From the IMG/VR virus record IMGVR_UViG_2744054854_000001, positions 1-26,947 of that record: a DNA stretch of 26,947 nt. One strand, given 5' to 3'. Shown in pieces: positions 25,809 to 26,947 of this stretch (positions are counted from its first letter, which is position 1; every line of letters starts with the position of its first letter). The position numbers and the translations under genes are program-made. This DNA comes from a virus. Lineage: Duplodnaviria; Heunggongvirae; Uroviricota; Caudoviricetes. The notes below the pieces were generated by a model that saw only the letters and a list, made by a program, of their open reading frames with translations, was not told where the DNA came from and made no database searches.

Positions 25809-26947
25809 GCACAAAATTTTATACCCTGCTGACGGATATTGGCGCGGCGAAACTTGCCAGCGCCGCCGCGCTCGGTGTGCCTTTAAAAATTACCCATATG
25901 GCGGTCGGCGATGGCGGCGGAACATTACCAACGCCGGACGCAAAGCAGACAGCACTGGTAAATGAGAAACGCCGGGCTGCGCTGAATATGCTCTATATCG
26001 ACCCGCAGAACAGCAGCCAGATTATTGCTGAACAGGTGATCCCTGAAAACGAGGGCGGTTGGTGGATACGTGAAGTGGGCCTGTTTGATGAGTCCGGGGC
26101 ATTGATTGCCGTGGGCAACTGCCCGGAAAGCTATAAGCCGCAACTGGCTGAAGGCAGCGGGCGTACCCAGACCGTGCGTATGGTGTTGATTACCAGCAGC
26201 ACGGACAATATCACCCTGAAAATCGACCCTGCCGTAGTGCTGGCAACCCGCAAGTATGTGGATGATAAGGTACTGGAGCTGAAGGTGTACGCGGATGATC
26301 AGATGGCAAAACATCTTGCCGCACCGGACCCGCATTCACAGTACGCGCCAAAAGCCAGCCCGACATTTACCGGAACCCCCAAAGCGCCAACGCCAGCGGC
26401 GGGGAATAATACCACGCAGGTTGCGACCACTGCGTTTGTACAGGCGGCACTGACGGCCCTTATTAATGGTGCGCCAGCCACGCTGGACACGCTGAAAGAA
26501 ATAGCCGCAGCCATTAACAATGATCCGAATTTCAGTACCACCATTAACAATGCGCTGGCACTAAAAGCACCGTTGTCGAGTCCGGCACTCACCGGAACGC
26601 CAACAGCCCCCACGGCGGCGCAGTCGGTCAACAATACACAGATTGCCACTACGGCTTTTGTGAAATCGGCGATTGCAGGAATGGTGGGTTCTGCACCTGC
26701 TGCACTGGATACACTGAACGAACTGGCGGCGGCACTGGGGAATGATCCGAACTTTGCCACGACAATGCTTAATGCGCTGGCAGGTAAACAACCGCTGGAC
26801 AATACGCTTACCAATTTGAGTGGAAAGGATGTAGCTGGTCTTCTCACATACCTTGGTTTGGGAGAAGGCTCTGCATTACCTGTTGGTGTGCCTGTTCCGT
26901 GGCCCTCAGCCACTCCGCCAACAGGCTGGCTAAAATGCAACGGAGCA
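25805..26947 (+). CDS. H: tail fibre protein gpH, 5' partial (runs off window)
   Basis: Frame open from ATG 25805 (ATGA overlap with I) to window end; N-terminus MSTKFYTLLTDIGAAKLA...MAVGDGGG...ESYKP.LAEGSG matches the conserved P2 H N-terminal domain; absent from ORF track because it has no stop in window. Confidence 0.85.
   Translation, partial: MSTKFYTLLTDIGAAKLASAAALGVPLKITHMAVGDGGGTLPTPDAKQTALVNEKRRAALNMLYIDPQNSSQIIAEQVIPENEGGWWIREVGLFDESGALIAVGNCPESYKPQLAEGSGRTQTVRMVLITSSTDNITLKIDPAVVLATRKYVDDKVLELKVYADDQMAKHLAAPDPHSQYAPKASPTFTGTPKAPTPAAGNNTTQVATTAFVQAALTALINGAPATLDTLKEIAAAINNDPNFSTTINNALALKAPLSSPALTGTPTAPTAAQSVNNTQIATTAFVKSAIAGMVGSAPAALDTLNELAAALGNDPNFATTMLNALAGKQPLDNTLTNLSGKDVAGLLTYLGLGEGSALPVGVPVPWPSATPPTGWLKCNGA
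26357..26795 (+). repeat. imperfect tandem duplication (about 220 bp x2) inside tail fibre gene H
   Basis: Two consecutive protein segments share TGTP.AP....NNTQ.ATTAFV.....G.AP..LDTL.E.AAA..NDPNF.TT..NALA.K.P. Confidence 0.7.

Larger units (their letters stand above)
5877..26947. mobile_element. 186/P2-like (Peduovirus-type) prophage, attR through tail fibre gene H; right part outside window
   Basis: Collinear with P2/186: int-cI-apl-cII-early genes-A-(SOS module)-cos-Q-P / O-N-M-L-X-lysis-R-S-V-W-J-I-H. Confidence 0.9.

Noticed and set aside
26299-26940. 213-aa alanine-rich minus-strand ORF
   Set aside because: Antisense to the tail fibre gene H, whose N-terminus is strongly P2 H-like; the Ala-rich translation is a by-product of the GC-rich repeat region.

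Overview
The window is a junction of two integrative elements that both used the 3' end of the tmRNA gene (ssrA) as attachment site, in an enterobacterial host. Left part (1..~5876): a decayed, visibly AT-rich CP4-57-like island on the minus strand, with a truncated IS3-family transposase, a YagK/YfjJ-like protein, a YfjI-like protein, AlpA, an unknown cargo ORF and a tyrosine integrase. At 5877..5921 lies a 45-nt copy of the ssrA 3' end (attR-type remnant, not an intact tmRNA) with a terminator beside it. Right part (5922..26947, running off the window): a 186/P2-like (Peduovirus-type) prophage with int, cI, apl, cII, an early operon of overlapping genes ending in replication gene A, a LexA-controlled SOS module, cos, and the late genes Q, P, O, N, M, L, X, lysis cassette, R, S, V, W, J, I and the 5' part of tail fibre H. 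The most interesting candidate is in the early operon: a Dam methyltransferase followed, overlapping, by a 276-aa ORF whose motifs resemble a tRNA-guanine transglycosylase (DpdA-like) fold, suggesting a dual DNA-modification anti-restriction module. All calls rest on reading the six-frame translations and on recalled family signatures; no database search was run.
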